Positions 22,301-38,500 are shown, numbered from the stretch's first letter. The stretch is DNA of 64,000 nucleotides from the human T2T-CHM13v2.0 reference genome, Homo sapiens (GCF_009914755.1 NC_060928.1); one strand, 5' to 3'. The notes: generated from the letters alone by a model not told the origin. Made by a program: numbers and translations.

Positions 22301-25300
22301 ACACAGCAGTTTTGAAACACTCTTTTGGTAGAATCTGCAAGTGGATATTTGGATAGCTTTGAGGATTTCGTTGGAAACGGGTTATCTTCATATAAAATCC
22401 AGACAGGAGCATTCTCAGAAACTTCTTTGTGCTGCATGTCCTCAATTCACAGAGCTGAACCTTTGTTTGGATACAGCATTTTGGAAACATTCCTTTAGTA
22501 GAATCTGCAAGTTGATATTTAGATAGCTTTGAAGATTTCGTTGGAAACGGGAATATCTTCATAGAAAATCTAGACGGAAGCATTCTCAGAAACTGCTTTG
22601 TGATGTTTGCATTCAAGTCACAGAGTTGAATATTCCCTTTTATAGAGTAGGTTTGAAACACTCTTTCGGCACTACCTGGAAGTGGATATTTCGAGCTCTT
22701 TGAGGCCTATGGTTAAAAGGAAATATCTTCCCATAAAAACTAGACAGAAGCCGTCTCAGAAACTTGTTTGTGATGTGTGTATTCAACTACCAGAGTTGAA
22801 CATTTCTGTTACAGAGCAATTTTAAAACACTCTTTTTGTGGAATCTGAAAGTGGATAATTGGATAGCTTTGTGGATTTCGTTGGAAACGGGATGACGTAT
22901 AAAATCTAGAGAGAAGCATTCTCAGGAACTTCTTTCTGATGTTTGCATTCAAGTCACAGAATTGAACATTCCTTTTCATAGTGCAGGTTTGAAACACTCT
23001 TTCTGTAGTATCTGGAAGTGGACATTTCAAGCGCTTTCAGGCCTACGGGGAGAAAGGAAATATCTTCAAATAAAAACTAGACAGAAGGATTCTCAGAAAC
23101 TTATTTGTGATGTGTGTCCTAAACGAACACAGTTGAACCTTTGTTTTGATACAGCATTTTGGAAACACTCCTTTTGTAGGATCTGCAGGTGGATATTTGG
23201 ATAGATTTTAAGATTTCGTTGGAAACGGGAGTTTCTTCATAGAAACTCAAGACAGATGCATTCTCAGAAACATCTCTGTGATGTTTGCATTCCACTCATA
23301 GAGTTGAAAACTTCCTTTCATAGAGCAGGTTTGAAACACTCTTTTTGTAATATTTGGAAGTGGACATTTGCAGCGCTTTGAGGCCTATGGTGAAAAAGGA
23401 AATATCTTCTCATAAAAACCAGAAACAAGCATTCTCAGAAACTTCTTTTTGATGTGTGTACTCAAGTAACAGAGTTGAACCTTCCTTTTGACACAGCAGT
23501 TTTGAAACAATCTTTTTGTAGAATCTGCAAGTGGATATTTGGATAGCTTTGAGGATTTCGTTGGAAACGGGATATCTTCATATAAAATCTAGACAGAAGC
23601 ATTCTCAGAAACTTCTTTGTGCTGTATGTCCTCAATTAACAGAGTTGAACCATTGCTTGGATACAGCATTTTGGAAACATTCCTTGAGTAGAATCTGCAA
23701 GTTGATATTTAGATAGATTTGAAGATTTCGTTGGAAAAGGGAATATCTCCATAGAAAATCTAGAGGGAAGCATTCTCAGAAACTGCTTTGTGATGTTTCC
23801 ATTCAAGTCACAGAGTTGAATATTCCCTTTTATAGAGCACGTTTGAAACACTCTTTCTGCACTATCTGGAAGTGGACATTTCGAGCGCTTTGAGGCCTAT
23901 GGTGAAAAAGGAAATATCTTCCCATAAAAACTAGACAGAAGCATTCTCAGAAACTTGTTTGTGATGTGTGTATTCAACTAACAGAGTTGAACTTTTGTTT
24001 TTACAGAGCCGTTTTAAAACACTCTTTTTGTGGAATCAGAAAGTGGATATTCGGATGGCTCTGAGGATTTCGTTGGAAGCGGGATTACATATAAAATCTA
24101 GAGAGAAGCATTCTCAGGAACTTCTTTGTGATGTTTGCATTGAAGTCACAGAATTGAACATTCACTTTGATAGAGCAGGTTTGAAACACTCATTCTGTAG
24201 TATCTGGAAGTGGACATTTCAAGCGCTTTCAGGCCTATGGTGAGAAAGGAAATATCTTCGAATAAAAACTAGACAGAAGCATCCTCAGAAACTTATTTGT
24301 GATGTGTGTCCTCAACTAACAGAGTTGAAACTTTGTTTTGATACAGCATTTTGGAAACACTCTTTTTGTAGAATCTGCAGGTGGATATTTGGATAGCTTA
24401 GAGGGATTCGTTGGAAAGGGGATATCTTCATATAAAATCTAGACAGAAGCATTCTCAGAAACTTATTTGTGATGTGTGTCCTCAACTAACAGAGTTGAAC
24501 CTTGGTTTTGATACAGCATTTTGGAAACACTCCTTTTGTAGAATCTGCAGGTGGATATGTGGATAGCTCTGAAGATTTCGTTGGAAACGGGAATTTCTTC
24601 ATATAAAATCAAACAGAAGCATTCTCAGAAACTTCTCAGTGATGTTTGCATTCAGCTCATGGAGTTGAACACTTCCTTTCATAGAGCCGGTTTGAAACAC
24701 TCTTTCTGCACTACCTGGAAGAGGACATTTCGAGCGCTTTGAGTCCTATGGTGAAAAAGGAAATATCTTCTCATAAAAACCAGAAAGAAGCATTCTCAGA
24801 AACTTCTTTGTGTTGTGTGTACTCATGTAACAGTGTTGAACCATCCTTTTGACAGAGCAGTTTTGAAACACTCTTTTTGTAGAATCTGCAAGTGGATATT
24901 TGGATAGCTTTGAGGATTTCGTTGGAAACGGGATGACATATAATATCTAGAGAGAAGCATTCTCAGGAACTTCTTTGTGATGTTTGCATTCAAGTCACAG
25001 AATTGAACATTCCCTTTCATAGAGCAGGTTTGAAACACTCTTTCTCTAGTATCTGGAAGTGGGCATTTCAAGCGCTTTCAGGCCTATGGAGAGAAAGGAA
25101 ATACCTTCAAATAAAAACTAGACAGAAGCATTCTCAGAAACTTATTTGTGATGTGTGTCCTCAACTAACAGAGTTGAACCTTTGTTTTGATACAGCATTT
25201 TGGAAACACTCCTTTTGTAGAATCTGCAGGTGGATATTTGGATAACTTTGAAGATTTCGTTGGAAACCGGAATATCTTCATATAAAATCAAGACAGAAGC

Positions 25301-28300
25301 ATTCTCGGAAACATCTCTGTGATGTTTGCATTCAACTCAGTAGAGTTGAACACTTCCTTTCATAGAGCCGGTTTGAAACACTCTTTCTGCACTACCTGGA
25401 AGCGGACATTTCGAGCGCTTTGAGGCCTATGGTGAAAAAGGAAATATCTTCTCATAAAAACCAGAAAGAAGCATTCTCAGAAACTTCTTTGTGTTGTGTG
25501 TACTCAAGTAACAGTGTTGAACCTTCCTTTTGACACAGCAGTTTTGAAACACTCTTTTGGTAGAATCTGCAAGTGGATATTTGGATAGCTTTGAGGATTT
25601 CGTTGGAAACGGGTTATCTTCATATAAAATCCAGACAGGAGCATTCTCAGAAACTTCTTTGTGCTGCATGTCCTCAATTCACAGAGCTGAACCTTTGTTT
25701 GGATACAGCATTTTGGAAACATTCCTTTAGTAGAATCTGCAAGTTGATATTTAGATAGCTTTGAAGATTTCGTTGGAAACGGGAATATCTTCATAGAAAA
25801 TCTAGACGGAAGCATTCTCAGAAACTGCTTTGTGATGTTTGCATTCAAGTCACAGAGTTGAATATTCCCTTTTATAGAGTAGGTTTGAAACACTCTTTCG
25901 GCACTACCTGGAAGTGGATATTTCGAGCTCTTTGAGGCCTATGGTTAAAAGGAAATATCTTCCCATAAAAACTAGACAGAAGCCGTCTCAGAAACTTGTT
26001 TGTGATGTGTGTATTCAACTACCAGAGTTGAACATTTCTGTTACAGAGCAATTTTAAAACACTCTTTTTGTGGAATCTGAAAGTGGATAATTGGATAGCT
26101 TTGTGGATTTCGTTGGAAACGGGATGACGTATAAAATCTAGAGAGAAGCATTCTCAGGAACTTCTTTCTGATGTTTGCATTCAAGTCACAGAATTGAACA
26201 TTCCTTTTCATAGTGCAGGTTTGAAACACTCTTTCTGTAGTATCTGGAAGTGGACATTTCAAGCGCTTTCAGGCCTACGGGGAGAAAGGAAATATCTTCA
26301 AATAAAAACTAGACAGAAGGATTCTCAGAAACTTATTTGTGATGTGTGTCCTAAACGAACACAGTTGAACCTTTGTTTTGATACAGCATTTTGGAAACAC
26401 TCCTTTTGTAGGATCTGCAGGTGGATATTTGGATAGATTTTAAGATTTCGTTGGAAACGGGAGTTTCTTCATAGAAACTCAAGACAGATGCATTCTCAGA
26501 AACATCTCTGTGATGTTTGCATTCCACTCATAGAGTTGAAAACTTCCTTTCATAGAGCAGGTTTGAAACACTCTTTTTGTAATATTTGGAAGTGGACATT
26601 TGCAGCGCTTTGAGGCCTATGGTGAAAAAGGAAATATCTTCTCATAAAAACCAGAAACAAGCATTCTCAGAAACTTCTTTTTGATGTGTGTACTCAAGTA
26701 ACAGAGTTGAACCTTCCTTTTGACACAGCAGTTTTGAAACAATCTTTTTGTAGAATCTGCAAGTGGATATTTGGATAGCTTTGAGGATTTCGTTGGAAAC
26801 GGGATATCTTCATATAAAATCTAGACAGAAGCATTCTCAGAAACTTCTTTGTGCTGTATGTCCTCAATTAACAGAGTTGAACCATTGCTTGGATACAGCA
26901 TTTTGGAAACATTCCTTGAGTAGAATCTGCAAGTTGATATTTAGATAGATTTGAAGATTTCGTTGGAAAAGGGAATATCTCCATAGAAAATCTAGAGGGA
27001 AGCATTCTCAGAAACTGCTTTGTGATGTTTCCATTCAAGTCACAGAGTTGAATATTCCCTTTTATAGAGCACGTTTGAAACACTCTTTCTGCACTATCTG
27101 GAAGTGGACATTTCGAGCGCTTTGAGGCCTATGGTGAAAAAGGAAATATCTTCCCATAAAAACTAGACAGAAGCATTCTCAGAAACTTGTTTGTGATGTG
27201 TGTATTCAACTAACAGAGTTGAACTTTTGTTTTTACAGAGCCGTTTTAAAACACTCTTTTTGTGGAATCAGAAAGTGGATATTCGGATGGCTCTGAGGAT
27301 TTCGTTGGAAGCGGGATTACATATAAAATCTAGAGAGAAGCATTCTCAGGAACTTCTTTGTGATGTTTGCATTGAAGTCACAGAATTGAACATTCACTTT
27401 GATAGAGCAGGTTTGAAACACTCATTCTGTAGTATCTGGAAGTGGACATTTCAAGCGCTTTCAGGCCTATGGTGAGAAAGGAAATATCTTCGAATAAAAA
27501 CTAGACAGAAGCATCCTCAGAAACTTATTTGTGATGTGTGTCCTCAACTAACAGAGTTGAAACTTTGTTTTGATACAGCATTTTGGAAACACTCTTTTTG
27601 TAGAATCTGCAGGTGGATATTTGGATAGCTTAGAGGGATTCGTTGGAAAGGGGATATCTTCATATAAAATCTAGACAGAAGCATTCTCAGAAACTTATTT
27701 GTGATGTGTGTCCTCAACTAACAGAGTTGAACCTTGGTTTTGATACAGCATTTTGGAAACACTCCTTTTGTAGAATCTGCAGGTGGATATGTGGATAGCT
27801 CTGAAGATTTCGTTGGAAACGGGAATTTCTTCATATAAAATCAAACAGAAGCATTCTCAGAAACTTCTCAGTGATGTTTGCATTCAGCTCATGGAGTTGA
27901 ACACTTCCTTTCATAGAGCCGGTTTGAAACACTCTTTCTGCACTACCTGGAAGAGGACATTTCGAGCGCTTTGAGTCCTATGGTGAAAAAGGAAATATCT
28001 TCTCATAAAAACCAGAAAGAAGCATTCTCAGAAACTTCTTTGTGTTGTGTGTACTCATGTAACAGTGTTGAACCATCCTTTTGACAGAGCAGTTTTGAAA
28101 CACTCTTTTTGTAGAATCTGCAAGTGGATATTTGGATAGCTTTGAGGATTTCGTTGGAAACGGGATGACATATAATATCTAGAGAGAAGCATTCTCAGGA
28201 ACTTCTTTGTGATGTTTGCATTCAAGTCACAGAATTGAACATTCCCTTTCATAGAGCAGGTTTGAAACACTCTTTCTCTAGTATCTGGAAGTGGGCATTT

Positions 28301-31300
28301 CAAGCGCTTTCAGGCCTATGGAGAGAAAGGAAATACCTTCAAATAAAAACTAGACAGAAGCATTCTCAGAAACTTATTTGTGATGTGTGTCCTCAACTAA
28401 CAGAGTTGAACCTTTGTTTTGATACAGCATTTTGGAAACACTCCTTTTGTAGAATCTGCAGGTGGATATTTGGATAACTTTGAAGATTTCGTTGGAAACC
28501 GGAATATCTTCATATAAAATCAAGACAGAAGCATTCTCGGAAACATCTCTGTGATGTTTGCATTCAACTCAGTAGAGTTGAACACTTCCTTTCATAGAGC
28601 CGGTTTGAAACACTCTTTCTGCACTACCTGGAAGCGGACATTTCGAGCGCTTTGAGGCCTATGGTGAAAAAGGAAATATCTTCTCATAAAAACCAGAAAG
28701 AAGCATTCTCAGAAACTTCTTTGTGTTGTGTGTACTCAAGTAACAGTGTTGAACCTTCCTTTTGACACAGCAGTTTTGAAACACTCTTTTGGTAGAATCT
28801 GCAAGTGGATATTTGGATAGCTTTGAGGATTTCGTTGGAAACGGGTTATCTTCATATAAAATCCAGACAGGAGCATTCTCAGAAACTTCTTTGTGCTGCA
28901 TGTCCTCAATTCACAGAGCTGAACCTTTGTTTGGATACAGCATTTTGGAAACATTCCTTTAGTAGAATCTGCAAGTTGATATTTAGATAGCTTTGAAGAT
29001 TTCGTTGGAAACGGGAATATCTTCATAGAAAATCTAGACGGAAGCATTCTCAGAAACTGCTTTGTGATGTTTGCATTCAAGTCACAGAGTTGAATATTCC
29101 CTTTTATAGAGTAGGTTTGAAACACTCTTTCGGCACTACCTGGAAGTGGATATTTCGAGCTCTTTGAGGCCTATGGTTAAAAGGAAATATCTTCCCATAA
29201 AAACTAGACAGAAGCCGTCTCAGAAACTTGTTTGTGATGTGTGTATTCAACTACCAGAGTTGAACATTTCTGTTACAGAGCAATTTTAAAACACTCTTTT
29301 TGTGGAATCTGAAAGTGGATAATTGGATAGCTTTGTGGATTTCGTTGGAAACGGGATGACGTATAAAATCTAGAGAGAAGCATTCTCAGGAACTTCTTTC
29401 TGATGTTTGCATTCAAGTCACAGAATTGAACATTCCTTTTCATAGTGCAGGTTTGAAACACTCTTTCTGTAGTATCTGGAAGTGGACATTTCAAGCGCTT
29501 TCAGGCCTACGGGGAGAAAGGAAATATCTTCAAATAAAAACTAGACAGAAGGATTCTCAGAAACTTATTTGTGATGTGTGTCCTAAACGAACACAGTTGA
29601 ACCTTTGTTTTGATACAGCATTTTGGAAACACTCCTTTTGTAGGATCTGCAGGTGGATATTTGGATAGATTTTAAGATTTCGTTGGAAACGGGAGTTTCT
29701 TCATAGAAACTCAAGACAGATGCATTCTCAGAAACATCTCTGTGATGTTTGCATTCCACTCATAGAGTTGAAAACTTCCTTTCATAGAGCAGGTTTGAAA
29801 CACTCTTTTTGTAATATTTGGAAGTGGACATTTGCAGCGCTTTGAGGCCTATGGTGAAAAAGGAAATATCTTCTCATAAAAACCAGAAACAAGCATTCTC
29901 AGAAACTTCTTTTTGATGTGTGTACTCAAGTAACAGAGTTGAACCTTCCTTTTGACACAGCAGTTTTGAAACAATCTTTTTGTAGAATCTGCAAGTGGAT
30001 ATTTGGATAGCTTTGAGGATTTCGTTGGAAACGGGATATCTTCATATAAAATCTAGACAGAAGCATTCTCAGAAACTTCTTTGTGCTGTATGTCCTCAAT
30101 TAACAGAGTTGAACCATTGCTTGGATACAGCATTTTGGAAACATTCCTTGAGTAGAATCTGCAAGTTGATATTTAGATAGATTTGAAGATTTCGTTGGAA
30201 AAGGGAATATCTCCATAGAAAATCTAGAGGGAAGCATTCTCAGAAACTGCTTTGTGATGTTTCCATTCAAGTCACAGAGTTGAATATTCCCTTTTATAGA
30301 GCACGTTTGAAACACTCTTTCTGCACTATCTGGAAGTGGACATTTCGAGCGCTTTGAGGCCTATGGTGAAAAAGGAAATATCTTCCCATAAAAACTAGAC
30401 AGAAGCATTCTCAGAAACTTGTTTGTGATGTGTGTATTCAACTAACAGAGTTGAACTTTTGTTTTTACAGAGCCGTTTTAAAACACTCTTTTTGTGGAAT
30501 CAGAAAGTGGATATTCGGATGGCTCTGAGGATTTCGTTGGAAGCGGGATTACATATAAAATCTAGAGAGAAGCATTCTCAGGAACTTCTTTGTGATGTTT
30601 GCATTGAAGTCACAGAATTGAACATTCACTTTGATAGAGCAGGTTTGAAACACTCATTCTGTAGTATCTGGAAGTGGACATTTCAAGCGCTTTCAGGCCT
30701 ATGGTGAGAAAGGAAATATCTTCGAATAAAAACTAGACAGAAGCATCCTCAGAAACTTATTTGTGATGTGTGTCCTCAACTAACAGAGTTGAAACTTTGT
30801 TTTGATACAGCATTTTGGAAACACTCTTTTTGTAGAATCTGCAGGTGGATATTTGGATAGCTTAGAGGGATTCGTTGGAAAGGGGATATCTTCATATAAA
30901 ATCTAGACAGAAGCATTCTCAGAAACTTATTTGTGATGTGTGTCCTCAACTAACAGAGTTGAACCTTGGTTTTGATACAGCATTTTGGAAACACTCCTTT
31001 TGTAGAATCTGCAGGTGGATATGTGGATAGCTCTGAAGATTTCGTTGGAAACGGGAATTTCTTCATATAAAATCAAACAGAAGCATTCTCAGAAACTTCT
31101 CAGTGATGTTTGCATTCAGCTCATGGAGTTGAACACTTCCTTTCATAGAGCCGGTTTGAAACACTCTTTCTGCACTACCTGGAAGAGGACATTTCGAGCG
31201 CTTTGAGTCCTATGGTGAAAAAGGAAATATCTTCTCATAAAAACCAGAAAGAAGCATTCTCAGAAACTTCTTTGTGTTGTGTGTACTCATGTAACAGTGT

Positions 31301-34300
31301 TGAACCATCCTTTTGACAGAGCAGTTTTGAAACACTCTTTTTGTAGAATCTGCAAGTGGATATTTGGATAGCTTTGAGGATTTCGTTGGAAACGGGATGA
31401 CATATAATATCTAGAGAGAAGCATTCTCAGGAACTTCTTTGTGATGTTTGCATTCAAGTCACAGAATTGAACATTCCCTTTCATAGAGCAGGTTTGAAAC
31501 ACTCTTTCTCTAGTATCTGGAAGTGGGCATTTCAAGCGCTTTCAGGCCTATGGAGAGAAAGGAAATACCTTCAAATAAAAACTAGACAGAAGCATTCTCA
31601 GAAACTTATTTGTGATGTGTGTCCTCAACTAACAGAGTTGAACCTTTGTTTTGATACAGCATTTTGGAAACACTCCTTTTGTAGAATCTGCAGGTGGATA
31701 TTTGGATAACTTTGAAGATTTCGTTGGAAACCGGAATATCTTCATATAAAATCAAGACAGAAGCATTCTCGGAAACATCTCTGTGATGTTTGCATTCAAC
31801 TCAGTAGAGTTGAACACTTCCTTTCATAGAGCCGGTTTGAAACACTCTTTCTGCACTACCTGGAAGCGGACATTTCGAGCGCTTTGAGGCCTATGGTGAA
31901 AAAGGAAATATCTTCTCATAAAAACCAGAAAGAAGCATTCTCAGAAACTTCTTTGTGTTGTGTGTACTCAAGTAACAGTGTTGAACCTTCCTTTTGACAC
32001 AGCAGTTTTGAAACACTCTTTTGGTAGAATCTGCAAGTGGATATTTGGATAGCTTTGAGGATTTCGTTGGAAACGGGTTATCTTCATATAAAATCCAGAC
32101 AGGAGCATTCTCAGAAACTTCTTTGTGCTGCATGTCCTCAATTCACAGAGCTGAACCTTTGTTTGGATACAGCATTTTGGAAACATTCCTTTAGTAGAAT
32201 CTGCAAGTTGATATTTAGATAGCTTTGAAGATTTCGTTGGAAACGGGAATATCTTCATAGAAAATCTAGACGGAAGCATTCTCAGAAACTGCTTTGTGAT
32301 GTTTGCATTCAAGTCACAGAGTTGAATATTCCCTTTTATAGAGTAGGTTTGAAACACTCTTTCGGCACTACCTGGAAGTGGATATTTCGAGCTCTTTGAG
32401 GCCTATGGTTAAAAGGAAATATCTTCCCATAAAAACTAGACAGAAGCCGTCTCAGAAACTTGTTTGTGATGTGTGTATTCAACTACCAGAGTTGAACATT
32501 TCTGTTACAGAGCAATTTTAAAACACTCTTTTTGTGGAATCTGAAAGTGGATAATTGGATAGCTTTGTGGATTTCGTTGGAAACGGGATGACGTATAAAA
32601 TCTAGAGAGAAGCATTCTCAGGAACTTCTTTCTGATGTTTGCATTCAAGTCACAGAATTGAACATTCCTTTTCATAGTGCAGGTTTGAAACACTCTTTCT
32701 GTAGTATCTGGAAGTGGACATTTCAAGCGCTTTCAGGCCTACGGGGAGAAAGGAAATATCTTCAAATAAAAACTAGACAGAAGGATTCTCAGAAACTTAT
32801 TTGTGATGTGTGTCCTAAACGAACACAGTTGAACCTTTGTTTTGATACAGCATTTTGGAAACACTCCTTTTGTAGGATCTGCAGGTGGATATTTGGATAG
32901 ATTTTAAGATTTCGTTGGAAACGGGAGTTTCTTCATAGAAACTCAAGACAGATGCATTCTCAGAAACATCTCTGTGATGTTTGCATTCCACTCATAGAGT
33001 TGAAAACTTCCTTTCATAGAGCAGGTTTGAAACACTCTTTTTGTAATATTTGGAAGTGGACATTTGCAGCGCTTTGAGGCCTATGGTGAAAAAGGAAATA
33101 TCTTCTCATAAAAACCAGAAACAAGCATTCTCAGAAACTTCTTTTTGATGTGTGTACTCAAGTAACAGAGTTGAACCTTCCTTTTGACACAGCAGTTTTG
33201 AAACAATCTTTTTGTAGAATCTGCAAGTGGATATTTGGATAGCTTTGAGGATTTCGTTGGAAACGGGATATCTTCATATAAAATCTAGACAGAAGCATTC
33301 TCAGAAACTTCTTTGTGCTGTATGTCCTCAATTAACAGAGTTGAACCATTGCTTGGATACAGCATTTTGGAAACATTCCTTGAGTAGAATCTGCAAGTTG
33401 ATATTTAGATAGATTTGAAGATTTCGTTGGAAAAGGGAATATCTCCATAGAAAATCTAGAGGGAAGCATTCTCAGAAACTGCTTTGTGATGTTTCCATTC
33501 AAGTCACAGAGTTGAATATTCCCTTTTATAGAGCACGTTTGAAACACTCTTTCTGCACTATCTGGAAGTGGACATTTCGAGCGCTTTGAGGCCTATGGTG
33601 AAAAAGGAAATATCTTCCCATAAAAACTAGACAGAAGCATTCTCAGAAACTTGTTTGTGATGTGTGTATTCAACTAACAGAGTTGAACTTTTGTTTTTAC
33701 AGAGCCGTTTTAAAACACTCTTTTTGTGGAATCAGAAAGTGGATATTCGGATGGCTCTGAGGATTTCGTTGGAAGCGGGATTACATATAAAATCTAGAGA
33801 GAAGCATTCTCAGGAACTTCTTTGTGATGTTTGCATTGAAGTCACAGAATTGAACATTCACTTTGATAGAGCAGGTTTGAAACACTCATTCTGTAGTATC
33901 TGGAAGTGGACATTTCAAGCGCTTTCAGGCCTATGGTGAGAAAGGAAATATCTTCGAATAAAAACTAGACAGAAGCATCCTCAGAAACTTATTTGTGATG
34001 TGTGTCCTCAACTAACAGAGTTGAAACTTTGTTTTGATACAGCATTTTGGAAACACTCTTTTTGTAGAATCTGCAGGTGGATATTTGGATAGCTTAGAGG
34101 GATTCGTTGGAAAGGGGATATCTTCATATAAAATCTAGACAGAAGCATTCTCAGAAACTTATTTGTGATGTGTGTCCTCAACTAACAGAGTTGAACCTTG
34201 GTTTTGATACAGCATTTTGGAAACACTCCTTTTGTAGAATCTGCAGGTGGATATGTGGATAGCTCTGAAGATTTCGTTGGAAACGGGAATTTCTTCATAT

Positions 34301-35552
34301 AAAATCAAACAGAAGCATTCTCAGAAACTTCTCAGTGATGTTTGCATTCAGCTCATGGAGTTGAACACTTCCTTTCATAGAGCCGGTTTGAAACACTCTT
34401 TCTGCACTACCTGGAAGAGGACATTTCGAGCGCTTTGAGTCCTATGGTGAAAAAGGAAATATCTTCTCATAAAAACCAGAAAGAAGCATTCTCAGAAACT
34501 TCTTTGTGTTGTGTGTACTCATGTAACAGTGTTGAACCATCCTTTTGACAGAGCAGTTTTGAAACACTCTTTTTGTAGAATCTGCAAGTGGATATTTGGA
34601 TAGCTTTGAGGATTTCGTTGGAAACGGGATGACATATAATATCTAGAGAGAAGCATTCTCAGGAACTTCTTTGTGATGTTTGCATTCAAGTCACAGAATT
34701 GAACATTCCCTTTCATAGAGCAGGTTTGAAACACTCTTTCTCTAGTATCTGGAAGTGGGCATTTCAAGCGCTTTCAGGCCTATGGAGAGAAAGGAAATAC
34801 CTTCAAATAAAAACTAGACAGAAGCATTCTCAGAAACTTATTTGTGATGTGTGTCCTCAACTAACAGAGTTGAACCTTTGTTTTGATACAGCATTTTGGA
34901 AACACTCCTTTTGTAGAATCTGCAGGTGGATATTTGGATAACTTTGAAGATTTCGTTGGAAACCGGAATATCTTCATATAAAATCAAGACAGAAGCATTC
35001 TCGGAAACATCTCTGTGATGTTTGCATTCAACTCAGTAGAGTTGAACACTTCCTTTCATAGAGCCGGTTTGAAACACTCTTTCTGCACTACCTGGAAGCG
35101 GACATTTCGAGCGCTTTGAGGCCTATGGTGAAAAAGGAAATATCTTCTCATAAAAACCAGAAAGAAGCATTCTCAGAAACTTCTTTGTGTTGTGTGTACT
35201 CAAGTAACAGTGTTGAACCTTCCTTTTGACACAGCAGTTTTGAAACACTCTTTTGGTAGAATCTGCAAGTGGATATTTGGATAGCTTTGAGGATTTCGTT
35301 GGAAACGGGTTATCTTCATATAAAATCCAGACAGGAGCATTCTCAGAAACTTCTTTGTGCTGCATGTCCTCAATTCACAGAGCTGAACCTTTGTTTGGAT
35401 ACAGCATTTTGGAAACATTCCTTTAGTAGAATCTGCAAGTTGATATTTAGATAGCTTTGAAGATTTCGTTGGAAACGGGAATATCTTCATAGAAAATCTA
35501 GACGGAAGCATTCTCAGAAACTGCTTTGTGATGTTTGCATTCAAGTCACAGA
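19393..35552 (+). repeat. HOR copies 7-11, majority haplotype
   Basis: ORF translations are identical, and no differences were seen at the variant sites checked. Confidence 0.8.
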
Positions 35553-38500
35553 GTTGAATATTCCCTTTTATAGAGTAGGTTTGAAACACTCTTTCGGCAC
35601 TACCTGGAAGTGGATATTTCGAGCTCTTTGAGGCCTATGGTTAAAAGGAAATATCTTCCCATAAAAACTAGACAGAAGCCGTCTCAGAAACTTGTTTGTG
35701 ATGTGTGTATTCAACTACCAGAGTTGAACATTTCTGTTACAGAGCAATTTTAAAACACTCTTTTTGTGGAATCTGAAAGTGGATAATTGGATAGCTTTGT
35801 GGATTTCGTTGGAAACGGGATGACGTATAAAATCTAGAGAGAAGCATTCTCAGGAACTTCTTTCTGATGTTTGCATTCAAGTCACAGAATTGAACATTCC
35901 TTTTCATAGTGCAGGTTTGAAACACTCTTTCTGTAGTATCTGGAAGTGGACATTTCAAGCGCTTTCAGGCCTACGGGGAGAAAGGAAATATCTTCAAATA
36001 AAAACTAGACAGAAGGATTCTCAGAAACTTATTTGTGATGTGTGTCCTAAACGAACACAGTTGAACCTTTGTTTTGATACAGCATTTTGGAAACACTCCT
36101 TTTGTAGGATCTGCAGGTGGATATTTGGATAGATTTTAAGATTTCGTTGGAAACGGGAGTTTCTTCATAGAAACTCAAGACAGATGCATTCTCAGAAACA
36201 TCTCTGTGATGTTTGCATTCCACTCATAGAGTTGAAAACTTCCTTTCATAGAGCAGGTTTGAAACACTCTTTTTGTAATATTTGGAAGTGGACATTTGCA
36301 GCGCTTTGAGGCCTATGGTGAAAAAGGAAATATCTTCTCATAAAAACCAGAAACAAGCATTCTCAGAAACTTCTTTTTGATGTGTGTACTCAAGTAACAG
36401 AGTTGAACCTTCCTTTTGACACAGCAGTTTTGAAACAATCTTTTTGTAGAATCTGCAAGTGGATATTTGGATAGCTTTGAGGATTTCGTTGGAAACGGGA
36501 TATCTTCATATAAAATCTAGACAGAAGCATTCTCAGAAACTTCTTTGTGCTGTATGTCCTCAATTAACAGAGTTGAACCATTGCTTGGATACAGCATTTT
36601 GGAAACATTCCTTGAGTAGAATCTGCAAGTTGATATTTAGATAGATTTGAAGATTTCGTTGGAAAAGGGAATATCTCCATATAAAATCTAGAGGGAAGCA
36701 TTCTCAGAAACTGCTTTGTGATGTTTCCATTCAAGTCACAGAGTTGAATATTCCCTTTTATAGAGCACGTTTGAAACACTCTTTCTGCACTATCTGGAAG
36801 TGGACATTTCGAGCGCTTTGAGGCCTATGGTGAAAAAGGAAATATCTTCCCATAAAAACTAGACAGAAGCATTCTCAGAAACTTGTTTGTGATGTGTGTA
36901 TTCAACTAACAGAGTTGAACTTTTGTTTTTACAGAGCCGTTTTAAAACACTCTTTTTGTGGAATCAGAAAGTGGATATTCGGATGGCTCTGAGGATTTCG
37001 TTGGAAGCGGGATTACATATAAAAATCTAGAGAGAAGCATTCTCAGGAACTTCTTTGTGATGTTTGCATTGAAGTCACAGAATTGAACATTCACTTTGAT
37101 AGAGCAGGTTTGAAACACTCATTCTGTAGTATCTGGAAGTGGACATTTCAAGCGCTTTCAGGCCTATGGTGAGAAAGGAAATATCTTCGAATAAAAACTA
37201 GACAGAAGCATCCTCAGAAACTTATTTGTGATGTGTGTCCTCAACTAACAGAGTTGAAACTTTGTTTTGATACAGCATTTTGGAAACACTCTTTTTGTAG
37301 AATCTGCAGGTGGATATTTGGATAGCTTAGAGGGATTCGTTGGAAAGGGGATATCTTCATATAAAATCTAGACAGAAGCATTCTCAGAAACTTATTTGTG
37401 ATGTGTGTCCTCAACTAACAGAGTTGAACCTTGGTTTTGATACAGCATTTTGGAAACACTCCTTTTGTAGAATCTGCAGGTGGATATGTGGATAGCTCTG
37501 AAGATTTCGTTGGAAACGGGAATTTCTTCATATAAAATCAAACAGAAGCATTCTCAGAAACTTCTCAGTGATGTTTGCATTCAGCTCATGGAGTTGAACA
37601 CTTCCTTTCATAGAGCCGGTTTGAAACACTCTTTCTGCACTACCTGGAAGAGGACATTTCGAGCGCTTTGAGTCCTATGGTGAAAAAGGAAATATCTTCT
37701 CATAAAAACCAGAAAGAAGCATTCTCAGAAACTTCTTTGTGTTGTGTGTACTCATGTAACAGTGTTGAACCATCCTTTTGACAGAGCAGTTTTGAAACAC
37801 TCTTTTGTAGAATCTGCAAGTGGATATTTGGATAGCTTTGAGGATTTCGTTGGAAACGGGATGACATATAATATCTAGAGAGAAGCATTCTCAGGAACTT
37901 CTTTGTGATGTTTGCATTCAAGTCACAGAATTGAACATTCCCTTTCATAGAGCAGGTTTGAAACACTCTTTCTCTAGTATCTGGAAGTGGGCATTTCAAG
38001 CGCTTTCAGGCCTATGGAGAGAAAGGAAATACCTTCAAATAAAAACTAGACAGAAGCATTCTCAGAAACTTATTTGTGATGTGTGTCCTCAACTAACAGA
38101 GTTGAACCTTTGTTTTGATACAGCATTTTGGAAACACTCCTTTTGTAGAATCTGCAGGTGGATATTTGGATAACTTTGAAGATTTCGTTGGAAACCGGAA
38201 TATCTTCATATAAAATCAAGACAGAAGCATTCTCGGAAACATCTCTGTGATGTTTGCATTCAACTCAGTAGAGTTGAACACTTCCTTTCATAGAGCCGGT
38301 TTGAAACACTCTTTCTGCACTACCTGGAAGCGGACATTTCGAGCGCTTTGAGGCCTATGGTGAAAAAGGAAATATCTTCTCATAAAAACCAGAAAGAAGC
38401 ATTCTCAGAAACTTCTTTGTGTTGTGTGTACTCAAGTAACAGTGTTGAACCTTCCTTTTGACACAGCAGTTTTGAAACACTCTTTTGGTAGAATCTGCAA